Shown here: positions 19,851 to 28,990 of the stretch, piece after piece
How the letters are laid out: the number at the start of each line of letters is the position of its first letter
Numbering within the stretch: the stretch's first letter is position 1
Assembly: GCA_046331705.1 (NCBI GenBank)
Contig: JAXLQJ010000070.1
Span: forward strand, 1 to 37,292
From: a bacterium
Lineage (GTDB): Bacteria > JADJOY01
Length of the DNA stretch: 37,292 bases
Reading direction: 5' to 3'
Notes under the pieces: model-generated
What the model saw: only the letters and a program-made list of their open reading frames with translations
What the model was told of the DNA's origin: nothing
The model's database searches: none
Made by a program: the position numbers and the translations under genes

Positions 19851-20951
19851 TCGCCGCGACGCCGCCGAACACCGCAGGCGCGCCGACGACCACGGCGGTC
19901 GCCCCGGCCGCCCCCGCCACGACACCTCCCGCCACCCCGGGGCGACTCCGACGCCCGCGGCGACGCCGGTGATGAGCTTCCGCACGCTGGTCACGCCGCG
20001 ACTCGATCGGCGATCTGCCCGCCGGCACGAGGCCCTATTACGCCGAGCTGACCAAGCGTCTCGCAGCCGGCAGCCCGGGCGGTGCGCTGCGGGTGGTGCG
20101 CGGTGCGCGCTCCGGCGCCCGCTCGCGTGATCTCGCCGGACAGGCGCGCGCGCTCCCGCCGATCTCCCTGGCCCGGTGGCGATCGTGATCACCATCGGCG
20201 GCAACGATTCGCGCGAGGTGGCCTCGCCGCCATCGGCGGCGCGGATCAGGCGGTCCGGCAGGAGCTGCGTCGCAACCTTGCCGATGCCATCGACGACCTG
20301 GTCCGACCCGGTCGATTCGGCAGCGGCGTCGACGCCCGCGTGTACCTGGCCACGATCTACGATTCGAGCGACGGCAAAGGCGGGTTCCGCGAGCGCGGCT
20401 GCCCGATCGCGATCGGCGCCGTCGCCACGGACCCGATCTTCCAGCGCTGGAACGCCGACCTCGCCGAGCTGGCGCGTAGCCGCGGCGCCGCCGTCGTCGA
20501 CCTCCACGGCCTCTTTCGCGGCCACGGCATCGCCTCGGATCGCCCCTGGTACCTGGACGATTGCATTCATCCCAACGACTCGGGCCACCTCGCGATCGCG
20601 AGCGCCTTCGCCACCGCGATCACCGGGCTGGCGCCGGCCGCGGCGCCCGCGGAACCGCCGGCGGCCGCCACCACCGCACCCGCTCCCGGCCCCCAGCCGC
20701 CCGCGGTTGCGAGCGCGGGACCGAAACCTCAGCCGAGCGCCGGCCCGGTCCCCGTGGCTCCGCCAGCGCGCGAGCCGCTCGCCGGGCCCGCGATTCGCGA
20801 CGGTTATTTCGAGATCCGCCTCAAGAGCGGCGCGAGCTTTCGCGTCCGGCGGTACACCGAGGGGCCGGACTCGATCGAGATCAAGCGCTCGGGCATCCCG
20901 TTCACGATTCGTCGCTCCGAGATCGCCACGATCCAGCCGGTCGACCCGTAG
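19847..20951 (+). CDS. SGNH/GDSL hydrolase with Pro/Ala linker and small C-terminal beta domain (5' part frameshifted)
   Basis: DSIG block I remnant near 20000, IVITIGGND block III, DDCIHPN block V; start position uncertain. Confidence 0.75.
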
Positions 20952-21212
20952 CCGCTGGCGCGAGCCACGGATTCGATGCACGCGTGTGCGAGAGCGGGAA
21001 GCAGGCCGCCCACGGCACCACGGTCCGCACGCGTCCGACGTGCGATTCGCTCGTCGCGGCGCGCGATCGAATAGGCTTCTCGCCCTCGAGGTCGGCGCGG
21101 CGGAGCCCTCCCCTGTCGCACCGCCCGCGATGTCCGCGAGAGAAACATCGAGCCGGGACCGCATGGAGCGACTCACCGAATCGCCACGACCCGTGCCGGG
21201 CGAGCGCACCTC

Positions 21213-22322
21213 GTGAACGCGCCGCGCGTCACTCGGGTCGAGACGCCAGCCGAGCTCGAGCGCGCGGTGGCCCGCTGGAGCGGCGCGCCCGAGCTCGCGC
21301 TCGACACCGAGTTCGTCTTCGAGCGCACCTATTGGCCACGCCCGGGCTTGGTGCAGCTGGCGGTGGGCGACGAGATCGCGCTCGTGGATGCGGTCGCGCT
21401 CCCCGACCTCTCGGCGCTGGCCGGGCTGCTCCTGGCCGACGAGACGCAAAAGCTCGTTCACGCGGGCGGCGGAGACGCCTTGCTGCTGGAACGCACCGCC
21501 GGCGTTCGCCCGCGGCCGGTCTTCGACGTCCAAGTGGGCGCGGCGTTCTGCGGGCTGGGAATCTCGCTTCCGCTGGACGCGCTGGTGCTCGCGCTGCGCG
21601 GTGTCACGCTCGGCAAGCACCAGACCCGCACCGACTGGACGCGGCGTCCACTCTCGGACGAGCAGGTTCGCTACGCGGCGGAGGACGTGGTGCATCTCGC
21701 GCCGATCGCGGCGGAGCTGCGCGTGCGGCTCGCTGCACTCGGCCGGCTTGCCTGGGCGGAGGAGGACTCGCAAGCCGCGGTGGCCGCGGAGCCCGGCGCC
21801 GACGATCCCGCTCAGGCATGGCTTCGGCTGCGCGGCATCGAGCGCTTCCCGGCGGCGGCGCTCGCTCGGGCACGCGCCCTGGCGTTCTGGCGGGACACCG
21901 AGGCGCGCCGCCGCGACTTGCCGAAGACGTTTCTGCTGCGGGACGAGACGCTCCTCGAGCTCGCGCGGCGGCCGGTGGCCGACCCTGAGCAGCTCGCCCG
22001 CGCTCGCGGCTTCGACCCGCGCCGTCACGCGCCGTTCGCCACGGCGATCCTGGCGGTGCTCGCGACCGCCGACGCGGCTGCGCCCCATCTGGATCCACTG
22101 CGGAATCGCGCCTCCAGCCCACCGCGCCAGCTCGACGAGAAGGTCGCCGCGGCGGTCGAGATCGTCGCGCGCGATCTTGCGCTTCCGACCGAGCTGCTCT
22201 TGTCTCGTCGCGGCCGCGTGCGGCTTCTGAGCGGATTGCCGGCCGGCGAACCGCCGTCCAGCCGACTCGCAGGCTGGCGCCGGGAGATCCTGGGAGCGGC
22301 CATCGATCGCGCTGCCGCGTGA
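21213..22322 (+). CDS. rnd: Ribonuclease D (DEDDy 3'-5' exonuclease plus HRDC)
   Basis: LALDTEF..ERTYWP, KLVHAGGGD, VFDVQ, TDWTRRPLS.EQVRYAAEDV, HRDC-like region and C-terminal GWRREI. Confidence 0.93.
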   Translation: MNAPRVTRVETPAELERAVARWSGAPELALDTEFVFERTYWPRPGLVQLAVGDEIALVDAVALPDLSALAGLLLADETQKLVHAGGGDALLLERTAGVRPRPVFDVQVGAAFCGLGISLPLDALVLALRGVTLGKHQTRTDWTRRPLSDEQVRYAAEDVVHLAPIAAELRVRLAALGRLAWAEEDSQAAVAAEPGADDPAQAWLRLRGIERFPAAALARARALAFWRDTEARRRDLPKTFLLRDETLLELARRPVADPEQLARARGFDPRRHAPFATAILAVLATADAAAPHLDPLRNRASSPPRQLDEKVAAAVEIVARDLALPTELLLSRRGRVRLLSGLPAGEPPSSRLAGWRREILGAAIDRAAA

Positions 22323-22431
22323 CGCGCGCGCTGAAGCGCGCTTCGCCGACGAGCGGTGCTCACCCCACGCCCCCGCGCGGGCGTCCTGCGCGCCTGCTAC
22401 GATCGGCCCAGCCGGCAGCCCGGGAGGCACG

Positions 22432-24558
22432 ATGCGCACGCGTTCACGATCGAGCTGGAAGCGACGCTGGTGCGCGGTCTTCGTGCTGGCGTTCGCGAGC
22501 TGCGGCGATTCCGGGTCCGGCGGCGGCGAGGCGCTGCCCCCGGTGGCCGACGCGGATGCGGCGGCGAAGGCGTTCCGGCTCTTCTACGCCGAGCGCGTCG
22601 AGCGCGCGACGCTCGCATACAACCGCTTCGGGATCTTCGGCGACACGGTCGCCGCCACCACCATCGGCTCGCGTGCCATCGCCAAGCGCGGCAACGAGTA
22701 CGAGGTGATTCCCCGCGCCACGGACAACAACCTCATCGGCACCTCGGCGCTCGGCGCGTGGAACGCGTACCGCGTCTTTCGCTCGCGTTCGCTCGAGCTG
22801 ACCCTCATCCGCATGCTCGACGGCCTCGCGTTCGCGGAGGCGGTCACCGGGATTCCCGGGCTCACGGTGCGCGAGGTGATGCCGGGCTGGACGCGGGTGG
22901 TCGACGGCTCGAGCGGCACGGTCACCCGCACGCGCGACGGTGTCGCGGTCGTCCACCCCGACCCGCCCGATCCCGCGCTCGAAGCGGAGGTGATCGCGAC
23001 CTTCAGCGACGGGCTGCGGTTCACCTACCGCGAAGATCCCACCGACGTCTTCTTCCGCTTCGAGCCCGCCGCCGGTGTCGAGGACTACGCGAAGACGCTG
23101 AGCATCGACGAGCGCCCGCGCTTCTTGCGCGAGAGCGATTGCTGCTCGTCGCTGATGCGCACACCCGAGGGTCATCCGTGGGTGGACGCGTGGTGGGGAA
23201 ACCACAACTCGCGCGACAACTTCCCCGACTTGGGGCTCGGCATCCTGACCGCCATGGACGTCGCCGCCGATCCCTCGGTGAGCGCGGAGCTCCGTCGTTC
23301 CGCGGAGCGGGTGGTGGCCGCGGGGCGGCGAATCGGCGACCTCGTCGAGGCGAACGGCGGCAATCTCATGACCGTCGACGAATACCACTCGTACGCAGAT
23401 CTCACCGTGGGCGGCGCGCGCCGGCCGCACGGCGATCCCGAGAATCAGGACCTGGGCTCGATGGCGGCCTGCTCGATGGCGTACCTCGCCCGAGCGATCT
23501 CCACTCCGGGCCTCGACGTCCCCTACCCGTCGCTGCCGCTGCCCGGCGAGATCGAGCAATTGCTGCTCAGCGATCTCTTCGGCGTCACCATCGATCTGCC
23601 GATCTACCAGTGCCAGGACCTGAACCAGGCCTATTTCGGCGAGAGCTTCGACTCCATCGGCCAGGGCGAGATCTTCGGGCTGACGCTCTTCGAGCTGATC
23701 CGGGTGCTCGACGCACTCAGCCCTGGGCTCGCGGAAACCATCCTCGGCAGCTTCCAGAACGACTACGACGACGTCGTCGAGGCAACGCAGGCCGTCTACC
23801 GATACGCACGCATCACGGGAAAGACGGCGCTGAGCGAGTCGGCGCGCGCCGCGCTCACGTCGCAGACGCGCCTGCAGCGCACCTTCGCCGACCTGCTCTA
23901 CGGCCGCAGCAATCCGGACCGCGCCGCGAGCCAGCGCTACGACGCCGCCCTCTTCGAGGCCGGCGCCGGCATCGAGACCGACACGACGCGCGCCGATCTC
24001 GGCGACCTCGCCGAGGCGGAAGCGCGCATCGCTCAGATCGAGAGCGAGCTCGACATCGGCGACACCGAGCCCGCCGCCTTGCTCGACGACGACGCGATCC
24101 GAGCGCGCATCGAGGCGAATCTCGCTGGCGAGAAGCTCGCGAGCGTGGTCGAACGTTACCGCGCCGCCTACGGCGATACGCCTCCGATCCGTCGCACCGC
24201 CGACGGATACGAAGCGCGCACCTCGGTGGACCCGACGTACCGGCCCGTGGAGGTCCCGCACCACCGCTTCCTGGGCGGCGCGCATTTCCTGGAAGAGCTC
24301 GCCGTGTGCGTCGAGTCGCCGGCGATACTCGATTGCACCTGGGCCAAGCTCGGCTGCGCCGCCGCCGATCTCGACGGCAACGGCGTGGTCGACGACACCG
24401 ATCGCGCGCTGCACGCGAGCGCCGCGAGCGAAGCCGCCGGTCGGCGCTGCGACACCCAGAACGGCTGGTGCAACGGCGCCGACGCCGACCACACGGGCAT
24501 CGTCGACGACCTCGACACCGCCTTCCTCGCCGCCGCGCACGGCTGCCACTACCCGTGA
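22432..24558 (+). CDS. Uncharacterised 708-aa lipoprotein with C-terminal dockerin/EF-hand-like Ca-binding repeats
   Basis: Intact ORF, GGAGG RBS, lipobox VLAFASC, C-terminal ADLDGNGVVDDTD and ADADHTGIVDDLD loops among several Cys. Confidence 0.8.
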   Translation: MRTRSRSSWKRRWCAVFVLAFASCGDSGSGGGEALPPVADADAAAKAFRLFYAERVERATLAYNRFGIFGDTVAATTIGSRAIAKRGNEYEVIPRATDNNLIGTSALGAWNAYRVFRSRSLELTLIRMLDGLAFAEAVTGIPGLTVREVMPGWTRVVDGSSGTVTRTRDGVAVVHPDPPDPALEAEVIATFSDGLRFTYREDPTDVFFRFEPAAGVEDYAKTLSIDERPRFLRESDCCSSLMRTPEGHPWVDAWWGNHNSRDNFPDLGLGILTAMDVAADPSVSAELRRSAERVVAAGRRIGDLVEANGGNLMTVDEYHSYADLTVGGARRPHGDPENQDLGSMAACSMAYLARAISTPGLDVPYPSLPLPGEIEQLLLSDLFGVTIDLPIYQCQDLNQAYFGESFDSIGQGEIFGLTLFELIRVLDALSPGLAETILGSFQNDYDDVVEATQAVYRYARITGKTALSESARAALTSQTRLQRTFADLLYGRSNPDRAASQRYDAALFEAGAGIETDTTRADLGDLAEAEARIAQIESELDIGDTEPAALLDDDAIRARIEANLAGEKLASVVERYRAAYGDTPPIRRTADGYEARTSVDPTYRPVEVPHHRFLGGAHFLEELAVCVESPAILDCTWAKLGCAAADLDGNGVVDDTDRALHASAASEAAGRRCDTQNGWCNGADADHTGIVDDLDTAFLAAAHGCHYP

Positions 24559-24752
24559 GCGCAGCGCCGCGGAGGCGCGACGGCGAGGGGTCGGCGTGCC
24601 CAGCCTCGTCCCCACCATCGGCTGGCGCGCAGACCGCACGGGCGAACCGTGAAGCGCGCGCTCGTTCAGTCCAGGTCGCGCGCCGCCGTTACCGGGACGC
24701 GCGATGCGACGCGAAATCTCGATCGAGTCGCCAGCGCTGCTGGACCGGCGGA

Positions 24753-24767
24753 TGGCATCGGCTTTGC
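24753..24767 (+). promoter_or_regulatory. Putative sigma54 promoter of csbD
   Basis: TGGCAT-CGGCT-TTGC matches TGGCAY-N5-TTGC, about 50 bp upstream of the GAGGAGG RBS. Confidence 0.65.
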
Positions 24768-24828
24768 GGTGATCTCCGATCGAGTCTCGTCGAGCACGAA
24801 GCTCGCACGTGAGCGCGAGGAGGCTCGG

Positions 24829-24997
24829 CTGGCAGGCAACCGATCAGGCAAAAGGACGCGCAGGAGGCCGCCTTGGCGTGCTCACCGACGACAAGAAGCT
24901 CCAGGTCGAAGGCAAGATCGATCAAGCGGTGGGCAAAGTGAAGAAGGTCGTCGAGAAGATCGTCCACACGGTGCAAGAGAAGGGCTTCCCGAGCTGA
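24829..24997 (+). CDS. csbD: CsbD family stress protein (5' end garbled)
   Basis: TDQAKGR...GVLTDDKKLQVEGKIDQAVGKVKKVVEK, with GAGGAGG RBS just upstream; start codon probably corrupted. Confidence 0.85.
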
Positions 24998-25581
24998 AAT
25001 CCCCGCGGCACCAATCACGGCGCGTGAGCGCATGAGTGGGCGCGGAAGGAAGCGCTTCGATGCGCGGACGTCCGCCGCGCGGTCTCGGCGGCGGTTCGAC
25101 GTCCGCGCGGCCGCGGATGCGCGACATGCGCCCGGGCTGGTAGCTGGAGCCACGCGTCGGCGACCATCCCCAACCCGGTCGAGCAGGCGAGATCCGCGGC
25201 GAACGCCGCGCGTTCCAGGATCTCGCCCTCGACCGGTCCTTGCGCGCTCGAGCTCGCCGGCGCTGCCGGGGCTGGTGGAGTTGCTCGGCGTTGCGCCGAG
25301 CCATTCGCTGGCACGGCCTCCTGAAATGGGCCGCAACGGGTCTTCAGCAGGCCTCGTCAGGGTGACGACCGGCCTGCCGACACCGTCGGCGGACGAGTCG
25401 TGGCCGGGAGCCCCTCGAGCGATTCGAGACGCTGCGCTCGACGCCCCGAACGATGCCGTCGCCAAGTCGAGGCACGCCCTCGGCGACCCTCGAAGCGACG
25501 CGCCTGAGCTCGCGCTGGCGTCGGCGCTCGCCCGGCGTGTCGGCGAAGCCGGCGGTCGCGAGTAGCCGATCGGCGACGCGA

Positions 25582-27067
25582 TCACGGACGTCGCCAGCAA
25601 CGGGTGAGGACGCCAGCTCTTCGCGCCACACGCACGACGTGCGAGGCACGCGTCTGCGGCGTGGTCAGGCTCAGCACCTCGCGGGTCGCGTCCCACCTGC
25701 TCGACCACGAGCCCTCGGTGTCGCTCATGATGAGATCCCAGCCATCGGGATAGAGGCGCGATTCGGGGACGTAGATCTCGGTGGTTCCGGACGCCCTTCG
25801 CGCGATCGCGGAACTCGAGCCGAGGACGCGCGCGTGGCGGATCACCGGAACGACCACCGCAGCGGCTCGCCGGCAACGCGCTGCGATAGCGCACCAGCAG
25901 CGCTGCTTCGGTCGTCTCGCGATTCTCCCCATCGACGGAGTGGCTCGGGCGATCGTGGCTCCAGAACGTCCAGCCCGCTTTGCAAGCGGTCGAACATGGC
26001 CAGCTGGTCGAAGAGGAAGTCGGCACCGTGGCCGTGGAGGCGGCGGCACCGAACTCCCGATGAAGATCGATGACCGTAGGTTGCTCGGTCGGCGCGACGG
26101 TTGGTCTCGAAGCGTTCCAGGAACGCGTCGAGACGCGCGCGACGTCCGGGGTGATCGCGGCCAGCGAGTATTCGTGGAAAGTAGGCGAGGACGCGGCGAG
26201 CCGGCACGCGGATCGTCGAGTCGTCCCAGGTACTGGGGCCAGCCGTCGCTCACCAACGCAGTCGGCTCGTAGAGATCCAGCCGTCGGAGTTCAGGCCGAC
26301 GGTGCGGATCGCGTCACGGACTCGCTGCAGAAGGGCTGCCGCAAGCGGCCGCGATCCCACGCGTACGGATCCACCAGCCAGTGCGGCGAGAACGGCTCGT
26401 TCATGATCTGCACCGAGCACTTGTCGGATGATCTTCGCGGTGCGCTCCGCGAGGAGCGCCCACATCGCGGCGCAGTGGTCCTGAAGCCCTGGATGGTCGC
26501 CGTCGTGCTCGAAGGCAGGTTGCCGATGGCCTCGTACCGGACCGCGGGCGACGCGTTGTTGAGCCCTAGGTGTCGAAGTGGATGTTGGGCAAGCCGTCGG
26601 TGATGCACGCCCAGGCCGGTGCGCCATCGAGCGGCATGCCGAAGCTCAGCGACTAGCCGTCCTGGTGCATGTCGAGCACCACGAAGATGCCGCCTCGGCG
26701 AACCAGTCGAGACGTTCCCGAATCGCATCCAGGTAGCTCTCGTCGTAGACGCTGGTCTCGCTCCACCCCATCCCAGGAGCACCAGGTAGCGCACGAAGTT
26801 GAATCCCCAGTCGCGGCGAACGCGCAGCACGTCGTCGCGCTCGACCCACGGCAGCCGCCGTTCACCGTACTTCGGCGCCACCGCGACGTTCACGCCGTGC
26901 AGCACCAGCGCCTGTCCCGCGCCGTCGGTGGGAATGCGGAGGGCCTGCTCGGCACGCCGCCAGACGAAGCACAACCCGCCGCAGCGAGCAGCATCAGCCC
27001 TGGCGCAGCAACACCGACGCGCCCGTGCCGTCCAGCCGGAATGCGACCTCCTCTCGCTCGCCGTCAT
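25582..27067 (-). CDS. GH5 endoglycoceramidase-like glycoside hydrolase with C-terminal GH5_C domain (heavily frameshifted)
   Basis: Fragments LVLHGVNV, WGFNFVRY..WDGVE, YDESYLDAI, GIFVVLDMHQD, IMNEP (acid/base), EFG (nucleophile, near 26050), GWTFW, TTEIYVP..LYPDGW. Confidence 0.85.
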
Positions 27068-27258
27068 CGACCCACGGCGAGGTCCGAGGCTGGTACGAGA
27101 GTGCCGCACCGTGCAACCGCCGCCACGGAAAGCGCGCGCTCGCGACTCACGACGATCGGGCACGACGCCGATCCCATTGCGCGACCGACCCGATGGCGGT
27201 TCTACCCTACTCACCTGTCGCCGCCGAACGCGGCGCCCACTCTCGAGGAGATCGCCAC

Positions 27259-27960
27259 GTGAGCGTTCCCGCACGTTTCGGATCGACGCGAATCGTCCTC
27301 GTCGCGCTGCTGCCGGTCGCCTTCGCGCGGAGCATGCTGGCGCGCTGCTGGCACGATCTTCCTCGTGCGCTGCGCGCCCTCGGGCTGCACGTACTCACCC
27401 GGCGTGGACGACTGACGACCAACCATTCGAGCCTCGTGAACGGCCAGAAGCAGCTCAGTGCCTTCCCACACGGCGACGCGTCGTGGAGCGAGCTCGTGGC
27501 GCAGGCCGCTCGCGCGTACGCGCCGTTCGACGTCACGGTCACCGACGTGGACCCCGGCACCAATCCGCATTGGGAGATCGCCGTCGCCGGCACGCCCGCC
27601 AACATCGGCCTGCCGTCGGGCGCTGGGCGTGGCGCCCTTCACGTGCAACGTCGTCGCGAACGGTGTCGCGTTCGCCTTCGCGGGAGCCACCCAGAACGTC
27701 GCACAGCTCTGCCGGACCACGGTCCAACAAGGCGGCAGCCTCTTCGGCCTCGATCACGAGTACCTGGCTGCGGACGCGATGACCTATCTCGCCGACTCGC
27801 TGGAGAAGCGGTTCACCTCGATCGATGCACCGTGCGGAGAATTCTCGCCGCGCGCATGCACGTGCGGCGGCAGCACCCAGAGCTCGGCGACGTTGCTGCG
27901 CTCGATCCTCGGTCCCGCCGCCCGGCGCGGAAGTCTTCGCCGACGGATTCTCGGCACTGA
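27259..27960 (+). CDS. Secreted zinc-metalloprotease-like protein of the myxobacterial type (frameshifted)
   Basis: GAGGAG RBS and GTG start, signal-like IVLVALLPVAFA, YAPFDVTVTDVDPG, LGVAPFTC, FGLDHEY..DAMTY (Met-turn-like), Cys-rich PCGE..RACTCGGSTQ. Confidence 0.6.
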   Translation: MSVPARFGSTRIVLVALLPVAFARSMLARCWHDLPRALRALGLHVLTRRGRLTTNHSSLVNGQKQLSAFPHGDASWSELVAQAARAYAPFDVTVTDVDPGTNPHWEIAVAGTPANIGLPSGAGRGALHVQRRRERCRVRLRGSHPERRTALPDHGPTRRQPLRPRSRVPGCGRDDLSRRLAGEAVHLDRCTVRRILAARMHVRRQHPELGDVAALDPRSRRPARKSSPTDSRH

Positions 27961-28066
27961 CCAGCGGCGAGCCCTCACCCGTCGAGTACGGCTCGACCCG
28001 TTGACGCACAGGTTCCCGCCGCGCCTTGAGCGCGGCGTCGCCGCGGCGCGACGACCTCGGCTCAAG

Positions 28067-28806
28067 TCAGGCCCAGCGCGTGCCGCAGAGCGCGCAATCG
28101 GGATCGCGGGCGATCGGGAAGGTGCGGAACTGCATGTTCGTGCCGTCCCACAAGAGGAGCTTGCCGTCGAGCGTGGTGCCCTGGCCGGTGAGGATCTTGA
28201 GGGTCCTCCACCACCTGCAGGCAGCCGATCACCCCGGGGGTGGCGCCGACCACCGGGAAGATCTCGCGCGGCGGGGCCTCGGAAACAGGCATTGCAGACA
28301 CGCGGTGTCGGGTGACGAACACGGCGAGGCGGCCTTCCAATCCCCACACCGTGCCGTGGACGAGCGGGATGCGTTTGCGCATCGCGCGCACGCGTTGAGG
28401 ACGAAGCGCGTGATGCGTTGTCCATGCACCGCGACGATCACCCGCGAATCGCCTTCACCAGCTCGTCGACGTTGTCGCTCTCGATGCGGGTGGTGATCGC
28501 CGTCCGCCTCGACGTCGGGGTTGAGACGCGCGATCGTCCCTGACCGGAGACCGCCTTGTTCTTGCCGATGTCGGAGGGCTCGTGGATCTGCCGATTCAGG
28601 TTCGACATCTCGGGGCTGTCGAAGCCGCAGAGGCGAATGCGCCCCACGCCCGCCACGGCCAGGTACATCGTCACCGGCGAACTGAGCCCACCGGCGCCGG
28701 CCACGAAGACCGCCGACGACTTGAGCTTCGCCTGCGTCTCTCCGCCCCAGCCCTCGAGGAGCATCTGCCGCTTGTAGCGCTCGAGCTCGCGCTCCGAGAG
28801 TGTCAT
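28067..28806 (-). CDS. HesA/MoeB/ThiF family E1-like adenylyltransferase (frameshifted)
   Basis: ERYKRQ..GWGGETQAKLKSSAVFVAGAGGLSSP, SNLNRQI, IGKNKA, and zinc-site motifs CLQC and DPDCALC. Confidence 0.9.
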
Positions 28807-28860
28807 CACGGCCCCCACGTGAGGTGTGCCTTCCGCGGACGCGCGGGTCGGCGTCGCGAG

Positions 28861-28875
28861 GCAACGCACGTGCCA
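28861..28875 (-). promoter_or_regulatory. sigma54 promoter of the MoeB/ThiF gene
   Basis: Minus strand TGGCAC-GTGCG-TTGC is a perfect consensus match, about 55 bp upstream of ATG 28806. Confidence 0.75.
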
Positions 28876-28990
28876 TGCCACGCCGGCGTGACGAGCGCGG
28901 GCCTGGAATCAGGCCCTGATCGCTGCTGACCGTCACGCGCACGAAGCAATCGGCCGCGCGTCGGCACCGCCGGTGACGGCCGGCGCTCGA

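Noticed and set aside
22333-22344. Palindrome GAAGCGCGCTTC after rnd, containing the CGCTTC element of the ECF-like motif
   Set aside because: No TGAAMC hexamer 16 nt upstream and no U-tract; likely a chance GC palindrome.
19446-24812. Long ORFs 19446-22439 (-), 22356-24812 (+) and 22444-24639 (-)
   Set aside because: Shadow or alternative frames of the SGNH, rnd and lipoprotein genes, which have motif and RBS support.
25015-25565. Possible small gene between csbD and the GH5 gene
   Set aside because: Probably coding (plus strand, stop near 25565) but lies in an error-rich block; no frame or family could be reconstructed.
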